Shown: positions 33,233 to 45,944, counted from the stretch's first letter. The stretch is DNA of 64,000 nucleotides from Azolla caroliniana (GCA_043228905.1 JBHGNT010000006.1:744001-808000); one strand, 5' to 3'. Program-made: numbers and translations. Notes: generated by a model not told the origin, from the sequence alone.

Positions 33233-36200
33233 ATCTGTACGATAAAACCGTGTACAATAGGTAGGAAATTTTGCTTCTCCGACAGCGGAGCATGTACGAT
33301 GGTCGGCATCACCGGCCGAGAGAAAACAAAGACGGAGGGGAGACTTCGGGCGTGTGGGGTTCTCGGCCCTGACGAAGGAATCAACGGAGCCGTGGAGGCA
33401 GTCTCCTTCGACGACACCTTGGGCATGCTGGGGAAGGTAGTCGAAGAAGACCTTAACGAAGACCGGACGATACCGGTATGTTCCGAAGAAATGTACGAAG
33501 TCATCGCGGACTTCGGTCGAGGGCTCGAGTCGGAACGGACGGCCCGAGTGAGCACCAAGTACAAGACCGTGGACCGGAAGGTGAGGCCAGTCGCGGCACC
33601 CTTACCGGAGGGCAGCGAGTCCCGAATCAAAGGGGTTGCATCGGACCCCAGCTTACGAGATCCGGCCTGCATAGGACACACCTTCACCAACGAGACGCTC
33701 CGCGAGCTGAAGATCGGTGGGGGCGGGTTCCTACTGCCGGCGGAGGAAGACCGGTTCCGGAGAATGCTCGGAAGGCACGGGAAAGCCTTCGCATTCTCAC
33801 CGGAGGAAATCGGGTGCGTAGACCCGACGATCGTAGAGCCAATGGTGATATTCACGGTACCGCATGTACCGTGGAATCTCAAGCCAATTTCGGTTCCGAG
33901 AGCTCACATCCCGAAGTTGATGGAGCTGTTGAAGCAGAAAGTTGATATGGGCATTCTCGAGCCGTCGAGCGCCCCGTATTCAAACCGCTGGTTTACCGTA
34001 CCAAAGAAAAACGGATCATTGCGCTTCATCCAGGACCTGCAGCCGGTCAATAGAGTGACCATTCGGAACGCAGGGATCGGACCGACCATAGACGAGTTCG
34101 CGGAGGCCTTCGCCGGAAGGTCGATTTACTCGGTCGGTGATCTATACTCAGGGTACGACCAGTTCCAGCTAGCCGTGGAAAGCAGAGACATTACGACGAT
34201 GCGAACTCCCCTCGGCCTAGTGCGGATGTGTACGCTGCCGCAAGGAGGGACCAACTCGGTGGCCCACATGGTGAATGCGATGAACAAGGTGCTGAGGGAC
34301 TGCATCCCGGACATCACCATGCCGTTTCTAGACGACATCCCGATCAAGGGATGCCCGGTAGAAGAGAAGGACGAGACGGTCGGGCCGGACGGATGCCGGC
34401 GATTCGTGACGGCGCACATCGACGACTGCGAGAAGGTGCTGCAAAGGCTAGAGGATGCGAGGCTCACCTTCTCGGGGGAGAAATCAGCCTTCGGGCAGTT
34501 GGAAATCATGGTGGTCGGACACTTATGTGGGCCATATGGCCGGAAACCGTCTCCGGCAAAGGTAGAAGCCATCTCCGCGATGAAGCCCGACTGCAGCTCG
34601 GTCACGGAAGTACGAAGATTCTTGGGAGCATGCGCCTTCTACCACATATGGATCCCGCATTACGCGCACGTCGCGGAGCCACTGTACGGATTATTGAAGA
34701 AAGGGCGAAGATTCGAATGGCTAGACAAGCACGCGGAGTCGGTCCGGAAGCTGAAGGAGGCTCTTTCGGCAGCACCGGCGCTCCGAAAGGCTGTCTACGG
34801 GAAGGACACCCCAGTGTACGTAACGGTTGACACGAGTCCGACCGGAATCGGGTGGGTCGTCAACCAAGAAGACGAGGGCGGCAATCGGTTTCCGATCCGA
34901 TTCGGCGCGAAGGTCCTCAGCGAACGGCAGCGAGGATACGCCCAGGTTAAACGCGAACTCTGGGGTATCGTTTCGGCGGTAAAGGCCGACAAGGACTATC
35001 TGATCGGGACGGAGGTAATCATAGAGACGGATTGCATGCCGATTCTCGGCATGGTTTCCGGATGCGCGACGCCGGACCTGGCAATGCTCAGGTGGATAGC
35101 GTACATCAAGTCCCTAGACCCGGTAATACGACACATTTCCGGGAAAGACAACGCCATGGCCGACATGCTTTCAAGGGCGAGATTCGAGGACGAGGGCGGC
35201 ATGGTCTCGGAGGACGAAGAGGTCGGCGTGGACTTCTTCGAGACTGCGTATGTAACATCCGGCGGGACAAGCACTCCGGCGCTTAACGACTTCGACGCGA
35301 GCAAGTACGACGGGGAGTGGGTGCAGATCGGTGGGTTTTTGAAGACAATGACGCCCGATGCGTCATGGACGAAGGACGAGGCCAACCGGATCCGGAGGAA
35401 AGCGTACCGGTTCTTTCTCCGGGATGGCTACCTATGGAAGCACCCGAAGAAGAGGGACGGCGCTCCGCTCCGGGTGGTGGCGATGAAGGAAGAACAGGAG
35501 GAGCTGCTGACGGCCTACCACGACAGCCCTTGGGCTGGACACCGTGGAACATGGGCTACGTTTGAGAAACTGAAGGGGAAGTATTGGTGGCCGGGGCAGT
35601 ACCAGGACGTGCATCGGTTCGTAACAACTTGCGAGAGCTGTCAGATGCAATCCATAGTCCGACATCGGGACGAGCTTCACCCCACGTACCCTCCGACCAT
35701 CCACTTCAAATGGATGGTAGATCTGGTAACGATCCAATGGGAGTAGGACAGATGCGGTACCTGGTCCTAGCGCGGGAGGATCTGACGAACCAGGTGGAAG
35801 GCCGGGCCCTTCCGAACAAAACGACCGCGGCCGTATGCCGGTTCCTAATCGAAGACGTGATATGCCGGTACGGGTGCGTCGGGAAGATCGTGGCTGACCG
35901 AGGGGAGTTGGACGCCGAAGAAGCCGCGGAGCTGTTCGACCGGCTCGGAGTTAAGCTCTCGCTCACCACTGCGTACAATCCGGAGGCGAATGGGAAGGTG
36001 GAGCGCGGACACGGGCCGATCGTCAAGGCGTTGGTTCGGGCGTGCGGAGGCCAAGTCGGTAACTGGCCGCGGCTGCTGCCTTATGCCTTGTGGGCAGACC
36101 GGACCACGCACAGTTCGGTAACCGGGTACATGCCGACGGAGCTCATGTTCGGCCAGAAGCCGGTCATGCCGATGGAACGGACGATCTCCTCGTGGGCAAC

Positions 36201-36654
36201 GGTCGCCTGGCGGGACGAGATGAGCCGGGAGGAGTTGTTGGCCGCGCGTATACGACAACTCGAGCGGAGACCGGAGGACGTGGAACTGGCTGCGGAGAGG
36301 CTCCGGGCGGCGAGGGCAAAGAACAAAGCCAGGTTCGACCGGACGCACCGGCTCCGACCGACGAAAATCGAAGAAGGTGACTGGGTGCTCGTCTACGACA
36401 GCAGCCTCGACAACCAGCACCGAGCCACACGGAAGTTCGCACGAAGGTGGTTCGGGCCTTACGTGGTACGGAGCGCCAATGACAACGGGACATATCACCT
36501 GGCGGAACTTGACGGCACGAGAGTGGCGATACCGGTCGCAGGGAAGCGGATCAAAGCGTTCAAGAAGCGACATGACGACGAGCCGGACCCGGCTCTCCTA
36601 GTCAGCAGTGACGAACGATCCGGAAATGAGGAAGAACCGACGGACGAGGAATGA
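33173..36654 (+). pseudogene. Element F ORF2 (RT-RNase H-integrase) in the -1 frame, with one 1-nt deletion near 35734
   Basis: DLYSGYDQ, LPQG and PFLDD RT; VDTSPTGIG/ETDC RNase H; H..H..C..C, VADRGEL and WFGPY integrase. Comparison with G (VTMPMG) shows a single frameshift. Confidence 0.9.
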
Positions 36655-37528
36655 AGACGGGCCGGTTTTCTCCGTCCCAACTCTCTTGGCGCATACCGGA
36701 GGATGCGCGGTTAGGTGGGGGAGGATGTCGTGAAGAAAACCGTCCATAGGCGGGATCGGCGCACCTAGGCGTGGGAACCGGTTCTTCACGCGCGCAAGCT
36801 CCAAGTCGTACATAAAAGCGAATTAGGAGGATAATCGGCAGGAACGGGCCCTAACTCAAGTGGAGACAAAGACCGCGCGAACAGTCTTTTCGGTCGCGCG
36901 CGCGAACTGCACGAGTCGGCGGCGTAACTACGCGGATGCGTGAAAAACGGAGCGGATCCCTGTCCAAAAGGGACAGGGAATAAAGCTGATAGGACGGCCT
37001 GCTCGTCGGCCTATATAAGGAGGAGGAAAGAGCTGTTGCAGGGATCTCGGGGGGAGGGGAGGACGAAGTGCTGCCGGACCGTTTCTGGGCGCTTCTCTCT
37101 CTCTCTCTCTCTGCGTTTCCTTCCTTCTCGAGCTCCAAAGCTTCTGTGCAGGGTTCCGGGAAGGCTCGCGCTGTTTCGAGGAACGCCCGAGTGCTTCCGG
37201 CAGCACCTCCGACCTGCTACCCCGTTTGTGCGTCGAAGCGAACAGGCATCGGCATCTGTTCGCCGGCCTGTTCGGTTGTAACCAACCTGTGCCCCATCGA
37301 GGGTTGTAGTCGTGTTAGCCATTTTGTTAATATACATCTTTAGTCGTTCGCATCTGTCTGTGCCGGTGTCTGTTCGCGTTCTCCGTGCTGAAGGGTCGTG
37401 TCCCTGCGTATCCCCGGTCCTGCGTAGCCGGTTCTCTCTCTTTCTCCCCCCCCCCCTCGCTTGCTCTTCGGTTCGAGGCCCCCGCGGTCCCGCCTCATAT
37501 CCACACGCACTTGCGAAATATCTCGACA

Positions 37529-38963
37529 ACGTGTTCGCTCCGGGCGACACCTCCTCACGACCACCGCCCTTCTCTCCGGTCTTATGTTGGCATTCGAGCT
37601 CAACCGCCGTAGTCTCCGGTCTCGGTGTTGAGAGGTCTTACCTCCGTCCGCTACGACCTTCCTCGTCGTCGTTTCGATTGTCCGCTTTGCCGCCGCCACC
37701 TTCCGTCTCTCCGGTCTCACGTGGGCTCTCGGGGCCGACTGCCGAAGTCTCTAGAATAGGTGTGGGAAAAGTCCCGATACCGTTACTCGCCGATGCCATG
37801 TTCGTAGCCACCTTCGTTCGGACGCCGTGGTCCGTGGCTATCTCTTCCTCGTTCTCTTCGTCGCCGTGGTAGGCCGCCTTGCCGCCACTACCGCCCGTCA
37901 CTCTAGGTCTCACGCCGGCACTTGGGCCGGCCGCCGGAGCCTCTAGGACCGGTGTGGGTAAGAACCCGGCACCACCACTCGTTGTGTCAGTAGCCGCTTC
38001 CGTCCGGTCGTCGTTGTCCGCGGCTACCCCATCTCCGATTCCGCAAACCTCGATTACGCTTGCCACCATCTCTCCCATGCCGTCGTCTCGGTTGCCCGCC
38101 TTGCCGCCGCCACCGTCCGTCACTCTAGGTCTCACACCGGCTCTCGGGCCGGATGCCAGCGTCTCTAGGACCGGTGTGTGTAAGGTCGCGGCACCGCCGC
38201 TTGTCCGCTCCTCACTCAATGTTTCGGGCCGCCATGTCCCGAATCCGTAGTTATCGGCCTCCATGGCCATCCCTTCACCGCAAGGCAAGAGGGTCGCTTG
38301 CTCCGCACCCTCTCCCATGTTGCCGTCGTACGTTCTTCTGGCCTCCGTATAGGCCCCGTCTTCTACGCTTAGGGAGGCTTCTTCCTCCGTATCCTCCGAT
38401 CGCCTCCGGCCCGACTCCATAATAAGCCCTTCTTCGGCTCCGATTTTCGCCTTCACAAGCTCGCATGCCTCTCGTATTAGTGCTTCTAGGTCGAGCTCCT
38501 CCGAACTGTTTTGCGTTGAGATCTCTTCCGGCGGTAGTGCGTACTCATTCGCCGCTCTCTCTTCTCCGCCGCTCGCGGGCCACGTTGTTGCCGACCGCTC
38601 CCCATCGGGTTGCCGGCATACCCACTCCGGTTTCGCGTATCCGCACGCTTCCAATAGGGCTACCTTCAAGGACACCCACGACTCGTGAGCTTCTCGTAGC
38701 TCCTTGACCTCCTTGTGCACCGATGCGGCCGCCACTCGAGGAAAATACTCTAGCCGCATCTCCTCATCCACGCCCCCTTTCGCCATCTTGACCTCGTAGG
38801 CTCCCAAAAATTTTGGGACCTCATTCCCATTGAACCGACCGACTCGATCGACCACCCTTTCGACGGCTTGTTGAGCCGCATCTCGCTTCGCCATCTTCCG
38901 TCCGGCTTCCATCACGATTTTTGCCATCATCTCCTCAAAGTCCAAGTCTTCTTCCATCTCCAT
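37529..38963 (-). pseudogene. Element E ORF, N-terminal part: Gag capsid-like domain plus diverged repeats; one in-frame TAA at 37638-37640
   Basis: AVERVVDRVGRFNGNEVPKFLGAY..EEMRLEYFPRVA..VHKEVKELR..SW aligns with F Gag AIEAVVGTIGRFGGKDATKYLASY..EERRLAGFPRVA..IHAEVLEVR..TW. Confidence 0.82.
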
Positions 38964-39536
38964 GCTCCCTTGCCGCCCTTTCACGTCGGGTTCACCAAAG
39001 ATGTCGCGTTGTTACACGCGTACGTGTAGAAGGGGCGGGACCACCGGGGTTTCGGACTAGGGAGTGGAGGAGAAAGAATAGGACATGATATGGAGGCTTA
39101 GCTCAAGAGGAGAAGAGGAAAGAATAAGACCACGACATAGAAGGAGAGATCGGCGGAGGCAAGATGTTCAACAAGTTCTATATTAAACAACGAATGGTTA
39201 CAACAATGGTGGCCACATGGGCCGCACCAAAACGACTATGAGAAAACCCTAACCGAAGATGAATAAGGAAACCCTAATCGAAACCCTAACCCTAAAACGG
39301 TAAGAACTCTAGGCTAAGTGGTATACCTCTCATACGCAAAATAGGCAACCCCTTCATAAGTGACCCCTCCCTTCCTTTTATAGCCCAAAGAGGGAGGGAC
39401 CTTACAATGTGGGACAAAATTTTCCCCTCTCTTTCTATACACCATATCCTAGTATACATGTGCACATGTTGCACACCACCGACTTGCCCCTTCCACCCTG
39501 GTTTCCGCCTATGGACGAAAATCTTCACGACACCGT

Positions 39537-42500
39537 AGTCCCCAGAACCGGGAGAAGTCGGGGACACGGTCAAAGTCAAGGGGGAGGCCTACCTGCTTCT
39601 ATTGCGGCAAGCCGGGACACTTCCAGAAAAACTGTCGGCACTTCCGAAAGGACAAGCAAACCGATGACACCGATTCGAAGCGGACACCGGATCAAAACGG
39701 TAAAGACCGGAGGGGGCCAGACCGGAAGGGAACAACAACAATCGCGGCAAGTGAAGAAGAATTGATGCTCATCATAGAGGAGAGTGAGCTAAACCTTGCC
39801 GATGACGAGATGACCTGGGTGGTCGACTCCGGAGCGTCGTTCTACCTTACCCCGGACCGGAAATACTTCTCATCCTACTCAGCCGGTGATCACGGCTGTG
39901 TCCGGATGGGGAATGAAGGTACATGACGAATTATCGGCATAGGAGATGTGTGGTTGACAACGCCAACCGGATGCAAGCTGCTGCTGAAGGATGTCCGACA
40001 CGTTCAAGAGGTTCGTCTGAACCTGATATCAGCTGGTCGGCTAGATGATGAAGGCTACACGGGTAGCATCCGGAACGGTGTTATGAAGTTCAGCAGAGGG
40101 AGCCTGATTGTGGCTCCGGCCCGGAAGGTCAACACATTGTACCTGATGAATGCCCGGTTATGCCCGGAAGAAGTGAACGTGGCATCCAACACTGCCGGTG
40201 AGCTGTGGCACAAGAGGCTGTGTCACATGAGCGAGAAGGGGATGAAGAGGCTTGCAGAAGACAACCTCATTCGAGTGAAGAACGTGCACTTGGAGAAGTG
40301 CACTGATTGTTTGGCCGGGAAACAAAACCAGAACTCCTTCCGATCGAGGTCACCGATGAGACGTAATGCACCACTGGAGTTGGTGCATACTGATGTATGT
40401 TAAGTGGACACGAAGAGTACTTCGTGACGTTCATAGATGACCATAGCCGGAAGCTGTGGGCCACACCGTTGAAGACCAAGGATCAGGTGTTATCCGTCTT
40501 CAAAGAGCTCCACGCGAGAGTGGAAAGAGAAACCGGTCGGAAGCTGAAGGCGGTTCGAGCAGATAACGGAGGTGAATACCGGGGGCAATTCGAGGAGTAT
40601 TGTTGCTCGAAGGGAATCCGACTCGAATTTACCGTGCCAAAGACACCGGAACTAAATGGGTTGGCCGAGAGGATGAACCGGACCATAATGGAGAGGGTCC
40701 GGAGTATGCTAGCGCATGCAAAACTACCCAAGAAGTTTTTGGCTGAGGCACTGTCGACGATGACATATGTGATAAACAGATCACCCTCAATACCCTTGGA
40801 CGGAGACATGCCATAGAGAGTCTGGACCGGTAAGGAAGTATCGTACCGGCATCTGAAGGTATTCGGGTGTATTGCGTATGTGCATGTAGCTAAGGACCGG
40901 AGAGGAAAACTAGATCCGAAGACCCGGCCATGCATATTGCTCGGTTACGGCGACGATGAGTTCGGCTACCGAGTCTGGGACCTGGTCGACAATAAGGTAT
41001 TCCGGAGTCGAGATATTATCTTAATGGAGGACAAGACGCTCACCGACTGGGAGTTGGAGAAGAAGAAAATGAACTCCGAGTCGACCGGTAAGGATTGATT
41101 CTACGATGAGCAGACCCAACCGGCAAGAGACCGGTTAGCACTCGAGGAACCAGCCTGTTACGGTGAGGATACCGAACCGGCAGAACAAGAAGTAGAGGAA
41201 GCTAAAACCGGAACCGGCCAAGACCGCAAATCGGATTCGGATGAAGACCAAATGGAGGAGCTAGTTACTGAAGCCCAAAGACGGAGATATCCTCTTAGAG
41301 AGAGAAGGCCCCCCCCGGATATTTCCGGATGCAGAGCATGTGCTGCTAACCGATGAGGGGGAGCCAGAAAGCTTCGAGGAAGCTAAAAGTGACGCCCATA
41401 GCCGCAAATGGTTAAGTGCCATGCAGGATGAGATGGATTCCCTGCATGAGAACCATACGTATGAATTGGTGGAGTTGTCGAAAGGAAAGCGGGCACTCCG
41501 AAACAAGTGGGTGTACAAGTTGAAATCGGGAGATGCCGGCAACCCCCCGAGATACAAAGCCAGGATCGTGGTGAAGGGGTTCCAGCAGAAGAAGGGCGTG
41601 GACTTCGACGAGATATTTGCCCCGGTAGTAAAGATGACCTCCATCCGGACGGTGCTGAGTATAGCGGCAAGCATGGACCTCGAAGTAGAGCAGCTGGACG
41701 TGAAGACGATATTCCTTCACGGTGACCTCGAAGGCGGAGATCTACATGCAGCAACCGGAAGGATTCGTGGAGAAAGGGAAGGAGCACCTGGTTTGCCGGT
41801 TGAAGATGAGCATGTACGGACTGAAGCAGGCTCCCCGACAATGGTACCGGAAGTTCGAGTCCTTCATGACTGATCAAGGGTACCACAAGGCGCAGGCCGA
41901 TCATTGCATGTTTGTGAAGAAGTTCGAAGGAGGCGACTTCCTGATACTCCTTTTGGACGTGGACGACATGTTGATCATCGGATGGAACCAAGCCAGAATA
42001 CGGATGCTGAAGAAGGCTCTCAACTGAACTTTCGCGATGAAAGACTTGGGTCCGGCAGGACAGATGTTGGGGATGCATATCATCCGGAACCGGCCAACGA
42101 AGCAACTGTGGTTGTCACTATTGCCGTTTAGGAACACGGTCCGTGGTCAGTCCTTCGACCTAGACCCCAAGGTGGGTGTGGAACAACGAATAGGGTTTAA
42201 GCGTAATGCGTAAGGGGAGAACCTCTGTAATTCCTCCGCGTATAAGGGAAGATGGCTACAACCGAATCCCTATCACAGGTTACACTTACGTACTACTATG
42301 CTTAAGTATCCGAGACACCGACACTGAATAAGCCGCACCTATACACAGAAACTCAGAGAAGATAGAATTCTATTATCAAGCGTTCTTTACATTTCCAAAA
42401 ATTACACGCACTTCCATAAGATGTTTTTTGCCCTTTATATATACAGGGTCTAATTAGCCGTTCACGCTTCCTGCGTGAACCGTTACATGCGTTATGCTCT

Positions 42501-43377
42501 TATATAGTTTCTTATTCCTACGCTTTTGGCCGTCAGTTACTATTCCGGCGGGCAACAGTCACAAGAGAAATACGTGACAGAGGTTCTTCAGCGGTTCAAC
42601 ATGTTAGAAGCGAAACCGGTCGGATCGATACTCCCGGCAAACTGCAACTTATCCGGTAAGCAAAGCCCGAAGACGAAAGCAGAGAAGGCGGATATGATGA
42701 AGGTTCCATATGCCTCTGTTGTCGGGAGCTTAATGTACGCAATGGTGTGTACTCGACCGGATATAGGATACGCAGTCGGAGTGGTGAGCCGTTTTATGAG
42801 CAAATTTGGCAAGGAGCACTGGAACGCAGTCAAATGGATACTCCGGTACTTGAAGGGCACTTCAAATATGTGTCTCTGATTCGGCTCCGGAAAACCTCAA
42901 CTTGACGGTTTTACCGATTCGGACATGTCGGCTAATGTGGATACCAGCCGGTCTACATCCAGGTATGTAATGACATATGCAGGGGGAGTTGTTTCGTGGT
43001 AGTCAAGGCTGCAGAAGACGGTTGCGTTGTCAACCACGGAGGCGGAGTACATGGCGGCTGTGGAAGCTGGCAAGGAAATATTATGGATGAAGGACTTAAT
43101 CGGAGAGCTCGGTATCCGGCAAGATAAATACCGGCTCTATTGCGACAGTCAAAGTGCCATCCACTTTGCTAAGAATGCGGCCTACCATTCCTAGATGAAG
43201 CATATCCAGTGAAGGTATCACTGGATCCGGGAAAGAGTAGATGACCAGGAGTTCGCGCTGACGAAGATCCACACGGCCGAGAACGGGTCAGATATGCTGA
43301 CCAAAGTACTGATACCCGACAAGCTGGATGCATGCCAGAAGCGGATCAGACTAGTAAGACATCCCATGCTGGAGTGA
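39537..43377 (+). pseudogene. Element D zinc knuckle, PR, INT, RT and RH remnant
   Basis: Collinear with B and T1, with stops and frameshifts; interrupted at 42119-42557. Confidence 0.9.
42119..42557 (-). mobile_element. Solo LTR related to the element I LTR
   Basis: TATTGCC...GGCAACA termini and perfect TSD GTCAC. The reverse complement is similar to 46657-47106. Confidence 0.88.
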
Positions 43378-43742
43378 AGGGGGAGTTTGTTAGGAAACAG
43401 GTCCCTCCGAATGGGAAGTGAGAAGAACAGTACTGGTGAGCAAACTTGGCCGAGTCCGATAGGTCAAGGCCGAATCTGGATGACGAGTACCCGGCTACGG
43501 AAGACCCGGTGAGAACCGGATGACGAGCACCCGGCAAGAGTTGGATGGTGAAGGCCCGGTGAGAAGTGCTCACCGGATGAAGGGACATATTCGTAAATAT
43601 GTTTTTTGAGAGTCCATCGTGGCTATATTTGTAAATAGCCGAAAAGTCATATTAGTATAAATATGACTTAGGGCAAACTTAGAGTATGTTGTTGTAGTAG
43701 TTGTTGTCATTCTTGTTGGCGCAAGATTAGAGCGCAACAGTG

Positions 43743-43794
<52 letters not shown>

Positions 43795-44067
43795 TGAAGA
43801 GTTCGTATCTCTTTTGTAACCGCCGCCTGTGGCGAAGACAGTGAACAAGAGGTTGTTGCCTCTATGTTCATCTATTGTATATTGTTACATAGTGATAGTT
43901 AGCAGTCAGTGGACTGCCGTGGTTTTTTCCTGTGTTTGGGTTTTCCACGTAAACATCCTGTGTACTCTTCTCTCTATTGTGTCGTGCATTCATTCCCGTT
44001 TCCTGTGTTTGATTCTAAGCTTGGTTGTGGCCGAGCGTTGTTCATCGGGAGCGTGTAGTTCCTGACA

Positions 44068-45663
44068 AATACCTGATCCTTTGTCTTCGGTGATGAGACC
44101 CATAATTTCTGACTGTGGTCATCAATGAACGTCAAGAAGTATTGCGATCCGGAATGTGACTTCGTGTCCACTTGGCATACATCAGTATGCACAAGTTCCA
44201 ATGGTGCATTCCGTCTCGACGATGGTCTTGTCCGGAAAGAGGTTTGGTTTTGCTTGCCGGCCAAGCAATCGGTTTACTTCTCAAGATGCACGTCTTTCAT
44301 CGCCGGAATGAGGTTGTCCTTGGTAAGCTTGTCCTTGGTAAGCTTCTGCATCCCTTTTGGGTCATATGGCACAACCTCTTGTGCCACAGTTCTCCGACAG
44401 TGTCGGCTGTCACATTTGCTTCCCCGTAATATAATCGAGCATGCATTACATAGTGTGTTGGTTTTCCGTGCCCGGGCCACGATCAGGCTCCCCTTGCAGA
44501 ACTTCATGACACCGTTCCGGATGCTACCCATGTAACCTTCATCATCTAGCTGACCGACTGATATCAGGTTCAATCGAACCTTCGGAATGTGTAGAACTTT
44601 TCTCAACACAAGTTTGCAGCCAGTTGACGTCACCAAACACATGTCTCCAATGCCGAAGATTCGGCATGCTCCTTCATTTCCCATCTTTACAGATCCGAGA
44701 TCTCCAGCTCTATAAGATGAGAAACATTTCCGGTCGGGAGATAGGTGAAACGATGCACCTGAATCGACCACCCATGCCGATTCATCGCCAACAAGGTTTG
44801 CTTCATTTTGCTCACTAATGAGCATCAACTCCTCTTCACTTGTCGAGATCGCCGGGGTGTTCTTGATTTCCGAAATCCTTTTTGACTGCACACCTTCGGC
44901 TCCGCCTTTTTCCTTTCGGAAATGTCGGCAGTTCTTCTGGAAGTGCCCCAGCTTCCCACAATAGAAGCTTGTGGGCCTCCCTCTCGACTTCGACCTGGTC
45001 CCCGACTTATCTTGGTTCTGGGAACTTCGATTTCGGCCTCTTCCCCGAATCATGTCACCTTCCGTGACTAAGGCCTTTTGGTCCGTATTGGATTCTCGGT
45101 ACTTCTGGCAAGCTTCTTAGTTCAACAAGCTCGACTTCACTTGCTAGGTGTTTCCCTTCCGGTCCCGCGTTGCCCAATGTGACAACTAGCGTTTCCCAAC
45201 TGTCCGGAAGGGATCCCAACAGCAATAGTGCTAATACCTCATCGACCCGAGGTACTTCTAGAGAGGTGGTTTGATTCATTAGTCCTTGGAAGGCATTGAT
45301 GTGCTCCGCCATGCTGGAGCCATCTTGATACCGAAGTCTCATGATTTTCCGAAATACTGAGACTCTGTTCACGACATTCTTGTTTTCGAACATCACATCA
45401 ATCTTCTTCTAGAGGATGTCGACTTCTGTTTCTTCACCAAAATTGTTGTATAGAGTCATGTCTATAAAACACCTTACATATGCGGCCGCCTTCAGATGCA
45501 ACACTTCCCAAGTCACTGAATCGATCTTGTCTGGTCTTTTATCTCTGAATTGCACTGGCAACCGTGGAGATCTTTGCACATGAGCATGTCTTTCATCTTT
45601 GACTTCCACACTGAGTAATTGGAGCCGGTTAGCTTAAACATGTCGCCGAACGAGTCTTCCATC
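44068..45663 (-). pseudogene. Element C gag, protease and 5' integrase remnant
   Basis: MEDSFGDMFKLTGSNYSVWKSK, LLGSLPDSWETLV, WVVDSGASFH and LELVHTDVC. Confidence 0.9.
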
Positions 45664-45944
45664 ACTCTGATACCACTTGTTGCGCTCATGATCGGCCACA
45701 ACCGGTTACCATTCGTATATTCGTGTGCAAGAAGTAACGCTCAAACGGAAAACCGAAGATCTTTGCACATGAGCATGTCTTTCATCTTTGACTTCCACAC
45801 TGAGTAATTGGAGCGGTTAGCTTAAACATGTCGCCGAACGAGTCTTCCATCACTCTGATACCACTTGTTGCGCTCATGATCGGCCACAACCGGTTACCAT
45901 TCGTATATTCGTGTGCAAGAAGTAACGCTCAAACGGAAAACCGA
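45568..45944. repeat. 189-bp tandem duplication covering the LTR end, PBS and gag start of C
   Basis: AGATCTTTGCACATGAGC starts at 45568 and 45757. Two PBS copies (45665-45675 and 45853-45863). Confidence 0.9.

Larger units (their letters stand above)
30203..37528 (+). mobile_element. Element F: young non-chromoviral Ty3/Gypsy (tentatively Phygy-like), inserted in E
   Basis: 803-bp LTRs at 30203-31005 and 36726-37528 (three mismatches seen). 4-bp TSD ACGT. PBS TGGTGAACCCGACGTGAA at 31010-31027. Confidence 0.96.
28084..39532 (-). mobile_element. Element E: non-autonomous gag-only (TR-GAG-like) LTR element associated with the tRNA-Trp Gypsy group
   Basis: LTRs at 28084-28612 and 39002-39532 (about nine substitutions and one 2-bp indel). 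4-bp TSD CCGT. tRNA-Trp PBS at 38980-38997. Hairpin and PPT next to 28613. No PR, RT, RH or INT motifs in the ~3.06-kb interior once F is removed. Confidence 0.9.
26750..44067 (+). mobile_element. Element D: decayed Tork-like Copia inserted in the C integrase; hosts E and a solo LTR
   Basis: LTRs at 26750-27417 and 43388-44067. PBS TGGTATCAGAG at 27421. TSD AATAT/AATAC; removal rejoins KTKDQV-LSVFK of C. gag at 27448-28083 continues at 39537. Confidence 0.93.

Noticed and set aside
31205-36600. Many overlapping antisense and alternate-frame ORFs in F, G, H and T1
   Set aside because: Expected shadows of GC-rich, codon-biased coding sequence; no independent motifs.
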